Source: a virus
DNA length: 64,000 bases
Strand: one strand, 5' to 3'
Virus record (IMG/VR): IMGVR_UViG_3300029812_000326
Location: 1-64,000 of that record
The notes under the pieces were generated by a model, which worked only from the letters and a program-made list of their open reading frames with translations, ran no database searches and was not told the DNA's origin. The translations under genes were made by a program, and so were the position numbers. Below, one piece after another: positions 48,101-57,389 of the stretch. Numbering within the stretch: the stretch's first letter is position 1; each line of letters starts with the position of its first letter.

Positions 48101-48298
48101 ATTTTTTATCGTATACAAATTTCGGGGAAATTTACTAAACCCATTAATATTCAAGGACTTGAAAACAACCTCGAATCCTTATTTAAAAATCTAACTGGAG
48201 AAAATGTAACCATTTTTAATAACAGTTCTCCAACTCCTAAAAGAGATTGGAAAAATCCATCTTCCGTCGGGATACAATTGAATCCTTTAAGGAAATAA
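48101..48298 (+). CDS. Unannotated 65-aa ORF with probable ATT start
   Basis: AGGAG, 7 nt, ATT; open to TAA 48296-48298 (IFYRIQISGKFTKPINIQGLENNLESLF...); fills the spacer. Confidence 0.45.
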   Translation: MFYRIQISGKFTKPINIQGLENNLESLFKNLTGENVTIFNNSSPTPKRDWKNPSSVGIQLNPLRK

Positions 48299-48301
48299 AT
48301 T

Positions 48302-48805
48302 ATGCCATATAAAGATCCAAAAAAACGAAAAGAATATCAGTAGGAATATTTACAAAAGAATAAAGAAAAATTAAAAATTCGCAGGCAGAAATATTATCAA
48401 GAAAATAAAGAAAAAATTAAAAAATATCTTCAAGAACATAAGGAAAGTGTTAAAAAACTTAAATTGAAATATATACGAAATCATCCGCATCGTGTTTGGG
48501 CAACGCATACCTTTAATGGTCATAAACACCGAAGATTTATAATTAATATTTCTATCGACGAACTTGAAGAAATTGCTAAAAATATAACTCATTGCCCTAT
48601 ATGTAATAGTGAATTCAAATGGAAACAAGAAAAACAATGTGATAATACACCATCTTTGGATCGGATTAATAATGGAAATAATATTGATAAAAATTCAGTT
48701 TGGATCATATGCAGTAAATGTAATCGAACAAAATCGAATAGGACTCTTAAAGAATTTATAAATTACTGTGAATTGGTTTCGAAAAAGGACTTTAATATCG
48801 AATAA
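48302..48805 (+). pseudogene. HNH endonuclease with in-frame TAG at codon 14
   Basis: MPYKDPKKRKEYQ*EYLQK.. in frame with the 48464 ORF; core paralogous to 4-531 (IDELE..HCP.C..PSLDRINN..C..CN..KSNRT..EF). Confidence 0.75.
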
Positions 48806-48807
48806 TT

Positions 48808-51800
48808 ATGAAAGTATATAATCCAATAGAGTGGAATATTGGTGTGCATGGTGGCTATGATAACCCCGATGATGCTAGAAATATAGTGCAGCCTCTTTTT
48901 GATTTATTGAATTATTTAAATCGATGGTGTCAAGACCAGGGAATGAATCATATTATTATTACTTCTGGAAGACGGGAGGCAAAGTATAATGCTAGCATTG
49001 GAGGAAGCCCAACAAGCTATCATTTGACTGGGCATGCGGCAGATATTGCCATAATCGGGCGCTATAATAGATGGGAACAAACTATGATTTACAATTGGTT
49101 GCACACTGTATTTGCTGATCAACTTGCTCAAGTTTTATATCATGGTACTGGAGGTAATTATCATTTACATATAGGAATTCGGAAAGGATCTGAAGGCATG
49201 GGGCCACTTTTGGAAACTGAAAGCAAAAGTGAAGGAATTATTGAAGAAAAAAAGCCCGGAACCAATTCTTGCAACATTATGAATGATAATATTATGGGAT
49301 ATAATGAAACAATTGCGACTCAGATACCGCTTGATATTTATAAAACGAGCTATGAATTACTTCAGGATGTTACTGAAGAAGAAAAAATTGATCCGTTGAT
49401 TGCATTAGCTCAAAAACCAGGATCATTTAAATTTGGCGCATGTTGGCTAACCGTGCCTCCAACATCAATTGCTTTTACAGAACAAAACAATATTGTTGGA
49501 ATTCCAACCCTTCGTACTAAAGGCAATGTATATTGGAGAACTGGCATCAATTCAATAAACATGGACCTTGAATTTTTGTTTCCAGGATTGATTCAAATTA
49601 ATGACGAATTGAGACATATAATTGCTCAAATTAAAAGATGCCCATTTTTACCTTTCGAAAATTATTATTTGCATTCATTGATATTTCCGGAATTAAAATC
49701 TGCTAAGCCTCAACCTGATATCCCATATGAATTTACCACGGAAGAAAAAACGCAACATGAAAAACAAACTGGCACTCAGGATAGACTTCAACAGCAGCAA
49801 TGGCGATTGAAAAACAAAAAGATTATGGATATAGTCAAATCCGGAGATGAAAAAAGCCTGAAAGAATTTATTGAAAAAGGTAAAAAATATGGATATTTTA
49901 TTCAAGACGCGGAATCTCAAGAAGATAGACGCGAAAGAACTGAACAGCTTGAAAAGCTTTATGAATGGATGGGAAAATATAGACATATTGATGTGGATGA
50001 TACTAGTGGATTAAGCTACCGAGATCAACAAATGGTAGCGGCAATACGATCAATATCGATTACATCTGTGCCCGGATTTCCCAAAACTCTTCAAATGAAT
50101 TGTTCCTGTGATATTTTTAATTATTTTCCTTATACTTCTGCGTTTAGTTTCATAGAAAATGAAACAAAAAACGAAGTTCCGGTTTTCAATATTTCCAAAA
50201 GTGCACTGTTTGGAAAATATTATAAAGGAATGCTCACTAGAAATAATGCCCAAGAATTTAAAGATGCATTTGAATCCACAACAAAATTGGAAGCCATTGG
50301 ATCTGATGAACGTATGGATTATTTGCATCTGAGATATATTTATTCTAAAGAATCGAAAAACCGAGCAATATTAGCTCAAAGAGCTATATTGGAATATATA
50401 CAAGCGATCAAAGATTTTGGAGAAAGCTATGAAGCAGCGCCAGCTGCAGAATTATATCAAAATCTTTTCATATTTCTTACGCATCCCAATTTTGGAGGTT
50501 GGCAAAATCTATTTGATGCGCCTGGAAACGTAATAGATGCCATAAAAGAATTGGGAAAAGATGCAGTAATCGCAGGAAAAAGTATTATTGCTGTGGTGAA
50601 ATTTTATCAAGATTCTTTTGGGGAATATTTACTTGGCATAAATGCAAATAATGAAATATATGTCATAGGTAATAGGAAAGGGCGGGAATATTTCCTTCCA
50701 CTTAAAGATGCAATTAAAAATCCGGAATATCGGACAAGATTATTATTTTATATTAAAGATTATTCAGTTAAAATCCGATCGTTACAATATAATCAGCGGG
50801 ATTTGAAACTTGGAGATCAGAATTCTCAAATAGTTGGAATTTCAGCATCAATGGAAACAAAACTTGTGCCAATGAATATATTAGCATTTACGAAACCAAC
50901 TTTCCAACATCTTGGAAATTCAGAATGGGTTGTTACATTAACGGTTGAAACATCAGATCCAAATTTAATAAGAGATTTTCGCATGATGACTGAACGGCTC
51001 AATCAAACCGCCTTATCACAAATTGCAGTGTTACCGGAAATTCGGGATTATGCGGATCTTTCTGCGCAAATTGTTGAAGGACCATTTTTTAAACTTTTAG
51101 GAATAGAAAATATAATTCCTGGTAATTTCAGATATTCTACCGTGGAAGGAAAACCCGGCATATTCCATATTCAAATCGATTTTGTACAATCCGATTTAGA
51201 ATTGAAAACATATGAAGCACTTCAAGCTCCTGCATATTTTCCGTCTGATTTTATCAAATCATTCATTAAATTAATCCCAGTGTTATTGCTTGAAAATATT
51301 TCTTCTAAACTTGAAGCTGATTGGAATAATTATCACATTATTCATAAATATAAAATTGGAATGCAGCTTTTGCATCAAACATTAGAAAATTATCCGAAAT
51401 GGTCAAAATTTCTATTTTATTTATGTAAACCAATTCCAAAATCTTTATGTTCAGAATCAATTCCAGTCTATAAATTTATTCTTAATGACATAAGTTCCGA
51501 ATTAATTGCAAAAAAGCAACAAAAAGATTTATTTAAATGGGATTGGAAAGATATCCTTATGTACGCCGGTGCATATTTTACTGCAAGATTGGGGGCGGGA
51601 CCGGGTCCAGTTGGTGATGTAAGAGCCCATTCAGGTGCGATGGCAGCAAAATTTACATTTACGAATTTACTTAACACTACAATATTTGCGGCATATAAAG
51701 GTGCCGTTGGACGACAATTGAAAGCAACGTTGAATGAAGCCATAAATAGGGAAAATGTTCCGTCCGAATTAAAGATTGATTCAACAGAAAATGGACGGAA

Positions 51801-54800
51801 ACTTCTTGAACTTATAAGAGAAAATCAAAAATATCTCCATATCAGAAATTCGACGTATCCTGATTTGGAACTTCCAATTATCGCAGATTCTCCTGATTTT
51901 TGGTTTTTCCGAGAACCATTATATAATGATAACATTCGAGAATTTGCCGATGTAATAGTCAGTGGGCATGAAGATATAGTTCTTAAATTGGCGAAACTTA
52001 ATTCTATGAATAAACAAGGAAAAGCAACTACCCAATTGGCTAAATTAGATCAAATTGCTAAAGAAGCCAAAATTAAAGAAGTTTTGGTTTCAGAAGAACT
52101 CAATAAAAATTTATTGAGCTATTTAAGAGATGCAAATGAAGATTTACAATTCAATATAGAAAGATCTAAAGATCTTAAAGAAAATGCACATCTTATGATG
52201 GAAACAAAGCGAAATAAATCTCAAGAATATTCGGGGCGCGCAGATGAATCGACATTAAGAAGCAGATTATCAAGGATTAAACATGATATGGAATATTATA
52301 ACGATTCGTTGAAAATTATAAATTTAATAGAATTAAAAAACATGGATTTCCAAACTACGGGCGATCTGTTGGATATTGCATTAGTTTTAGCAAAAAATTG
52401 GGGAATTTGTACTCCGAGGGATGCGCAACTTGAAAAACAAATGCTTCAAGATGCTATGAATCTTGATGAAAATAAAACTTTAAGATTGGGTCGGGCATTT
52501 CCAACTTTTAAATTATATTTTATAGAAAAAGATAAAGAAGAATGGTTATTGTTTGATGATTTTTATGGATATGGCGCAGTAAAAGAAATTCAAATAAGGA
52601 AAATTAGAAAATCTCCGATTCATACTGCGGTAGTTACATTATCAAATATCACTAATGTACTTCAGGATATTCATGCTCCAAAGAATGAAAATATTTCTAA
52701 ATCAGAAACGGCAGAAGAGCAACCAAATATTGACACTATGCTTCTTCAAGAAGGTTGTGAAATAATGATTAAGATGGGCTATGAAAATGATTCCAATAAA
52801 TTGAAAGTTGTATTTCAAGGATCGATTGTAAGTATACAGCCCGGACCAGAATTGCAATTTATTGCACAAGGGTGGGGAGCAGAGCTTGGCCAGCCAATTC
52901 AAGATTTTAGTGTTGGAAAATGGAGCACAATTCGGGATTTCGGAGATATAGCGACCGCAATTTTAAATAAAGTTTCTGGATTGAGGCATTTTGGAACAAC
53001 ATATAATTTAGCAGAAATGTTTGATGATCTACCAAATATTCAATACAGATCTGATCGTCGAGAAACATATGTTGGTAGATTGAAAAATTGGTCGCTTCAA
53101 GGATTGGGGCTAAATCCACTGCTTGATCATAGAGACGACAACGTTTGGTTGCCATATCATAGTCCTCCCAGCATTTGGTCGCTAGCCCATATTATAGAAG
53201 GAAAAGGATTTGCATTTGATTGGAGAGTATATAATAAAACCGCGTGGGATGCACTTGATGAGGTATTGAAATATATGCCGGGATATATTATGAAGATTTT
53301 GCCTTATAATGAAGATAATTTGCAGTCTGCTAGATGCACATTATATATAGGCCCAAGGGATGGATATTATATGGCTACGGATGATTCAGAAGTTGTCAAC
53401 AGGACATCGGAACATGATAAATATCAAGAAAGAAGAAATAGATGGTACATGCGCGTTAAAGGCATAAAAGCACCAACGAAACAAGAATTGATAATTAAAC
53501 TTAGAAATTTTAACATAGATTATGATAGCAATACAAGTATAATTTATAAAGAATTTATAAATCAAAACATTATTTGTCAAAATGATGAATGCAGCTTAAT
53601 GAAAGCAAGTCCATTTAATCCAACAGTAGTTCAATGGAGTGGACAATTATATACCATGGAAATTCTATTTGGAGGAAACGAAATATGTCATAAAATTAAT
53701 AAAGAACATTGGAAAAGACAATATTTTAATGTTTTAAATGGTTCAGGTATGACACGGGCCATCATGATATATGATGTTTATGACAAACTTCATTTCAAAG
53801 ATTTTGAAAGAGTCTACGGTAAAGCTAGCCTCTTTGAACGAGCAACTGAAGGAGTAGAAAGATTTACTTATGGGAAAGACGATAATCCTAAAAGGCTGGC
53901 CGGAAAACGAGGATGGAAACGAGCATGTAAAACTCATTTTATTGATAGTTATCATCACATAATTGAAAATAATATGAAAGCTTCGCGCGAAAATATGTAT
54001 AATAAGGTTCACTTAATCTATCCAAAAGGCGAACCTCAAATGGCTGCAAATGAAACGCAACTTAAAACTGGAGATTTATCTGAATTTGAAATGCTTGCAG
54101 ATGACAATATAAAACCTGATATGATAAGAACGCATAAATTATTTTTTACCAATATTGACGTTGATCGAACAAGAAATTTTATAGATTCAATTGGAAATGT
54201 TCTTAAAGGTCTTGGGCAAACGATTGGACTTAATGATCGTGGGAATTTTCCCGATATTCCACCATACGCAATAGTAGCGAATACGATACTCGCTGAAGAT
54301 TTGAAAGATATGTATGATGGAGAAATTATTATTTTGCTCGATCCAAATATTGATATTCATGATGTAGTCTATATATACGATGATGTAAATGAAATTTATG
54401 GGCCAGTTGGAGTAAAAGAAATTTATCATTATTTCTCTATGGCACATGGAGCTTATACAGTAATTGTGCCCGATCTTATGTCATATCCCAGTAATCTAGA
54501 ACAAACTGTTGAATTGGGTTATGCTTCAGCATTATATGCAGCATTAATTAAAATAGTCCTTGGTGGCATTTTAATTGGTGGAGGCGGCGCGCTTTTGGCT
54601 GGGAATTTGCTTGGACCATGGACTGGAGTAGGAGTCGCGGGATTTAGTTTGGCATTTACGTATAAACTTGCTTCTTCTATAGGTTCTGGTGGAATAAATA
54701 AACTCATGGGAAGAGAGGGTTCTGAATTCGTGCCCATATGGAGAAAGGGTGCCCCATTTCTTGCTGGAATGGATGGATATAGAAAAGATGATCTTATAGT

Positions 54801-54942
54801 TCATTATATGGATAAAATTACTCGAATAAGTGGAACGTTTAAACAACTGAGTGCAAGCCTAATTGGATTAAGAGATAAGCCAGAAGGTACACAAATGGCA
54901 TTACCAATTCTTGGATATAAAAACGAAAATTTAATTTTTTAA
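48808..54942 (+). CDS. Large baseplate hub-like protein with N-terminal M15 (LAS) peptidase
   Basis: ITSGRR..SYHLTGHAADI..HLHI; IMIKMGY..VVFQGSI..FIAQGWG hub-like segment; C-terminal Gly-rich TM; upstream of gp25-like and J-like genes. Confidence 0.7.
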   Translation: MKVYNPIEWNIGVHGGYDNPDDARNIVQPLFDLLNYLNRWCQDQGMNHIIITSGRREAKYNASIGGSPTSYHLTGHAADIAIIGRYNRWEQTMIYNWLHTVFADQLAQVLYHGTGGNYHLHIGIRKGSEGMGPLLETESKSEGIIEEKKPGTNSCNIMNDNIMGYNETIATQIPLDIYKTSYELLQDVTEEEKIDPLIALAQKPGSFKFGACWLTVPPTSIAFTEQNNIVGIPTLRTKGNVYWRTGINSINMDLEFLFPGLIQINDELRHIIAQIKRCPFLPFENYYLHSLIFPELKSAKPQPDIPYEFTTEEKTQHEKQTGTQDRLQQQQWRLKNKKIMDIVKSGDEKSLKEFIEKGKKYGYFIQDAESQEDRRERTEQLEKLYEWMGKYRHIDVDDTSGLSYRDQQMVAAIRSISITSVPGFPKTLQMNCSCDIFNYFPYTSAFSFIENETKNEVPVFNISKSALFGKYYKGMLTRNNAQEFKDAFESTTKLEAIGSDERMDYLHLRYIYSKESKNRAILAQRAILEYIQAIKDFGESYEAAPAAELYQNLFIFLTHPNFGGWQNLFDAPGNVIDAIKELGKDAVIAGKSIIAVVKFYQDSFGEYLLGINANNEIYVIGNRKGREYFLPLKDAIKNPEYRTRLLFYIKDYSVKIRSLQYNQRDLKLGDQNSQIVGISASMETKLVPMNILAFTKPTFQHLGNSEWVVTLTVETSDPNLIRDFRMMTERLNQTALSQIAVLPEIRDYADLSAQIVEGPFFKLLGIENIIPGNFRYSTVEGKPGIFHIQIDFVQSDLELKTYEALQAPAYFPSDFIKSFIKLIPVLLLENISSKLEADWNNYHIIHKYKIGMQLLHQTLENYPKWSKFLFYLCKPIPKSLCSESIPVYKFILNDISSELIAKKQQKDLFKWDWKDILMYAGAYFTARLGAGPGPVGDVRAHSGAMAAKFTFTNLLNTTIFAAYKGAVGRQLKATLNEAINRENVPSELKIDSTENGRKLLELIRENQKYLHIRNSTYPDLELPIIADSPDFWFFREPLYNDNIREFADVIVSGHEDIVLKLAKLNSMNKQGKATTQLAKLDQIAKEAKIKEVLVSEELNKNLLSYLRDANEDLQFNIERSKDLKENAHLMMETKRNKSQEYSGRADESTLRSRLSRIKHDMEYYNDSLKIINLIELKNMDFQTTGDLLDIALVLAKNWGICTPRDAQLEKQMLQDAMNLDENKTLRLGRAFPTFKLYFIEKDKEEWLLFDDFYGYGAVKEIQIRKIRKSPIHTAVVTLSNITNVLQDIHAPKNENISKSETAEEQPNIDTMLLQEGCEIMIKMGYENDSNKLKVVFQGSIVSIQPGPELQFIAQGWGAELGQPIQDFSVGKWSTIRDFGDIATAILNKVSGLRHFGTTYNLAEMFDDLPNIQYRSDRRETYVGRLKNWSLQGLGLNPLLDHRDDNVWLPYHSPPSIWSLAHIIEGKGFAFDWRVYNKTAWDALDEVLKYMPGYIMKILPYNEDNLQSARCTLYIGPRDGYYMATDDSEVVNRTSEHDKYQERRNRWYMRVKGIKAPTKQELIIKLRNFNIDYDSNTSIIYKEFINQNIICQNDECSLMKASPFNPTVVQWSGQLYTMEILFGGNEICHKINKEHWKRQYFNVLNGSGMTRAIMIYDVYDKLHFKDFERVYGKASLFERATEGVERFTYGKDDNPKRLAGKRGWKRACKTHFIDSYHHIIENNMKASRENMYNKVHLIYPKGEPQMAANETQLKTGDLSEFEMLADDNIKPDMIRTHKLFFTNIDVDRTRNFIDSIGNVLKGLGQTIGLNDRGNFPDIPPYAIVANTILAEDLKDMYDGEIIILLDPNIDIHDVVYIYDDVNEIYGPVGVKEIYHYFSMAHGAYTVIVPDLMSYPSNLEQTVELGYASALYAALIKIVLGGILIGGGGALLAGNLLGPWTGVGVAGFSLAFTYKLASSIGSGGINKLMGREGSEFVPIWRKGAPFLAGMDGYRKDDLIVHYMDKITRISGTFKQLSASLIGLRDKPEGTQMALPILGYKNENLIF

Positions 54943-54952
54943 AGGAGAAATT

Positions 54953-55531
54953 TTGATCAAGTTCTTTTCGCACATAGAGGAATACGACGGAAAAACCAAT
55001 CAAATTAAAGTCAAAGATGATGGAGGCATTGTTTATGTGGTGCCTCTTGCATTTGATGGTAGTATGATAAGAATAGATAAATATACTCCTGTAATTGTCA
55101 TAATGTCAGATCAAGCAATGGGCGATATTGATTTCGATAGTGAACAAAGAATCAGAATTGACGCAGTTGCAATTCCAATTTATAATAAGGAAAGATTGAA
55201 TCCAGATGAAGTTACTAATACTAGGAAACAAATTGGAAAAATAGCTAATAAGAAAATTGAATCTTATATAGAAACAGGAAATTCGGTTTGTATACATTCT
55301 GGCCATGCCGGAAAACAAACATTGACAGTTACTGGTAATCAAACTATAGTTGAAGATGCTAAATTTATGAATCCGGATTTTTCATATGGCGATTTTGCAT
55401 CTCCTGAAAATTTTCTATTAAGATTCCGTCCCGATTTTCCATATATATTACCTGAATTATTACCAAATGCAGATATATTTAAAAAAGCGGCGAAATTGGG
55501 CAAGGCATTGATTAAATTGATGAGGAATTAA
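54953..55531 (+). CDS. Hypothetical baseplate protein (spike position)
   Basis: AAGGAG then TTG; lies between hub and gp25-like gene. Confidence 0.45.
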   Translation: MIKFFSHIEEYDGKTNQIKVKDDGGIVYVVPLAFDGSMIRIDKYTPVIVIMSDQAMGDIDFDSEQRIRIDAVAIPIYNKERLNPDEVTNTRKQIGKIANKKIESYIETGNSVCIHSGHAGKQTLTVTGNQTIVEDAKFMNPDFSYGDFASPENFLLRFRPDFPYILPELLPNADIFKKAAKLGKALIKLMRN

Positions 55532-55532
55532 A

Positions 55533-55570
55533 ATGGCTAAAAAGATAAATCGATGGTCAATGAAATGGAG
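55533..55570 (+). pseudogene. HNH N-terminal stub
   Basis: MAKKINRWSMKW resembles the KKWSKKY leader. Confidence 0.35.
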
Positions 55571-55578
55571 AATATTAC

Positions 55579-56052
55579 ATGAGCGAAACCGATTTAATGT
55601 TATCTTATGAAGGTGGAGGAATTATCACAGACGACGGAGATTTAAAGTTGGTGCAAGATTTAGATGCTTTATCAAGAGAAGTTAGCAGAATAGTGCGAAC
55701 AGTTAATCCTGCATGGAAAATATATTCTAATATTGGGGCTGGAATAGGAGAATTCGTTGGGGAACCAAATACTCGTGGAACGGCTTTAGAAATCACAAAA
55801 CGCCTGAATTATGTGTTAAATCAAAATCAAATAGCTTATCCCGGACGCCTATTTGCCCGAGTGGTCCCATCTGGAGATGAATCATTATTGATTTTTATTT
55901 TCTTAAAAGATAGTCGGGGGACGCGGCTTCTCGATAAGGAAGTGTTTAATTTTATAGATGGCATAGCCGGACATATTTATGATCCCGCTGAAGTTAAAGA
56001 AATTGTACCTAATATTCGACATTCAGAACCAACGAATCCATATCTTAGGTAA
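55579..56052 (+). CDS. gp25-like baseplate wedge/sheath initiator
   Basis: DGDLKLV..RIVRT..W..IGAGIGEFVGEPN. Confidence 0.7.
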   Translation: MSETDLMLSYEGGGIITDDGDLKLVQDLDALSREVSRIVRTVNPAWKIYSNIGAGIGEFVGEPNTRGTALEITKRLNYVLNQNQIAYPGRLFARVVPSGDESLLIFIFLKDSRGTRLLDKEVFNFIDGIAGHIYDPAEVKEIVPNIRHSEPTNPYLR

Positions 56053-56056
56053 TATT

Positions 56057-56129
56057 GCGGAATTCAATAGCGAATGTCTAACCATTATGTGTGCATTGTA
56101 ATTGTTCGAAAAATAACAAAGTTTTATAG
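56057..56129 (+). pseudogene. HNH C-terminal stub
   Basis: IANV*PLCVHCNCSKNNK. Confidence 0.65.
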
Positions 56130-56135
56130 AAAGGA

Positions 56136-57380
56136 GTGATCACTTTGAGATTCTTAAGCAAAAGCAAAGACCAATTGATGCAAGAATCCAAAAATTATTT
56201 GATTGAAAATACCGAACTTAGAAATTTCAAACCGGGCAGTGTAATTCGATCAATTTTGGAAACTATAAATGGTCATATTGCGGAACAATATGAAATTATG
56301 ACAATGAATTTATTGCAAACATATGTAACGACTGCAGTTGGAGATGCACTTGATGAAATTGGAACTCTATTTGGATTAGTTAGAAATGAATCTCAACGGG
56401 CGATTGACACCTCTCATGCTAATTTTAGGTTTTATATTGATACATTGACTGGATACACCGCACAAACATTAGCTTCTGAACAATATATTGCAAATCAAAA
56501 TTCTGAGATTCCAGAAGTGTATGTTCATGAAAATAGTTTCACGATTCCAGCAGGAACTACAATATTTGCTGGTGATATTACTTACAAAACTACTGAAGAT
56601 GCGACGTTTTCCATGTCAACTACCGAAGTATATGTGCCCATTGTGGCGTCTGGATATGGACCATCTTTTAATATTCCGGCTTATCAATTGAAATCCTATA
56701 CATTGGGCGCCGAATTTTCCATAATTTCAAAATATTTTCATTGCGAAAATAGTCAAACTATAAGCTCTGGCAAATTCCAAGAAAGTGATGATGAACTTAG
56801 ATATAGGATAATTCATGCCCATGTGGATAGTGCTAAAGCCAATGAAATAAGTATACGTTTGGCAGCCTTATCTATTCCGGGTGTGATTGATATTGTCCTT
56901 CGAGAATATGCCGCTGGCATTGGAACATTTGCTGTTCATGTTATTGCGGAATCTCCTATTCCAAATGCTGGTTTGTTAAGCGCAGTCCAACAAGCAGTTG
57001 ATTCCACAAGAGCATTTGGAATTAAAGCTTTGGTTCAATATCCCGATTATAAAGGATTCGAAGGAACATTCAAATTGAGATTTATTCTTGAAACAACTGC
57101 GGATGAAAAAGTTTTAATTATGCAACAAGTTAAGATTGCCGCCGAATTATATATAAATAATTTGGGATTCGGCGGAGAATTTGTAGCTAACGAATTGATC
57201 CAAAGAATCATGGAAATCAATAATAAAATCAAAGATGTTTCTATTGTTACGTTTGGGGCTGGGAACTACAATCCCATAACTGGAATTAACGAAGATTACA
57301 ATCCGTTGATTTTTATGAACCAGCAAGTCGCGCAGGACGAAATGTGCATCGCTACCCCCGGAGGTATAGTAATTTGTTAA
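56136..57380 (+). CDS. Baseplate J-like wedge protein
   Basis: FKPGSVIRSILE, TAVGDALD, TIPAGT, ESDDELRYRI, AALSIPGV; likely start TTG 56145. Confidence 0.88.
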   Translation: MITLRFLSKSKDQLMQESKNYLIENTELRNFKPGSVIRSILETINGHIAEQYEIMTMNLLQTYVTTAVGDALDEIGTLFGLVRNESQRAIDTSHANFRFYIDTLTGYTAQTLASEQYIANQNSEIPEVYVHENSFTIPAGTTIFAGDITYKTTEDATFSMSTTEVYVPIVASGYGPSFNIPAYQLKSYTLGAEFSIISKYFHCENSQTISSGKFQESDDELRYRIIHAHVDSAKANEISIRLAALSIPGVIDIVLREYAAGIGTFAVHVIAESPIPNAGLLSAVQQAVDSTRAFGIKALVQYPDYKGFEGTFKLRFILETTADEKVLIMQQVKIAAELYINNLGFGGEFVANELIQRIMEINNKIKDVSIVTFGAGNYNPITGINEDYNPLIFMNQQVAQDEMCIATPGGIVIC

Positions 57381-57389
57381 AGTTCAAAA

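Noticed and set aside
48341-48343. In-frame TAG in an HNH gene as evidence of stop-codon reassignment
   Set aside because: TAG ends ORFs at 531, 30979 and 48030, and long genes are intact under the standard code; a nonsense mutation is simpler
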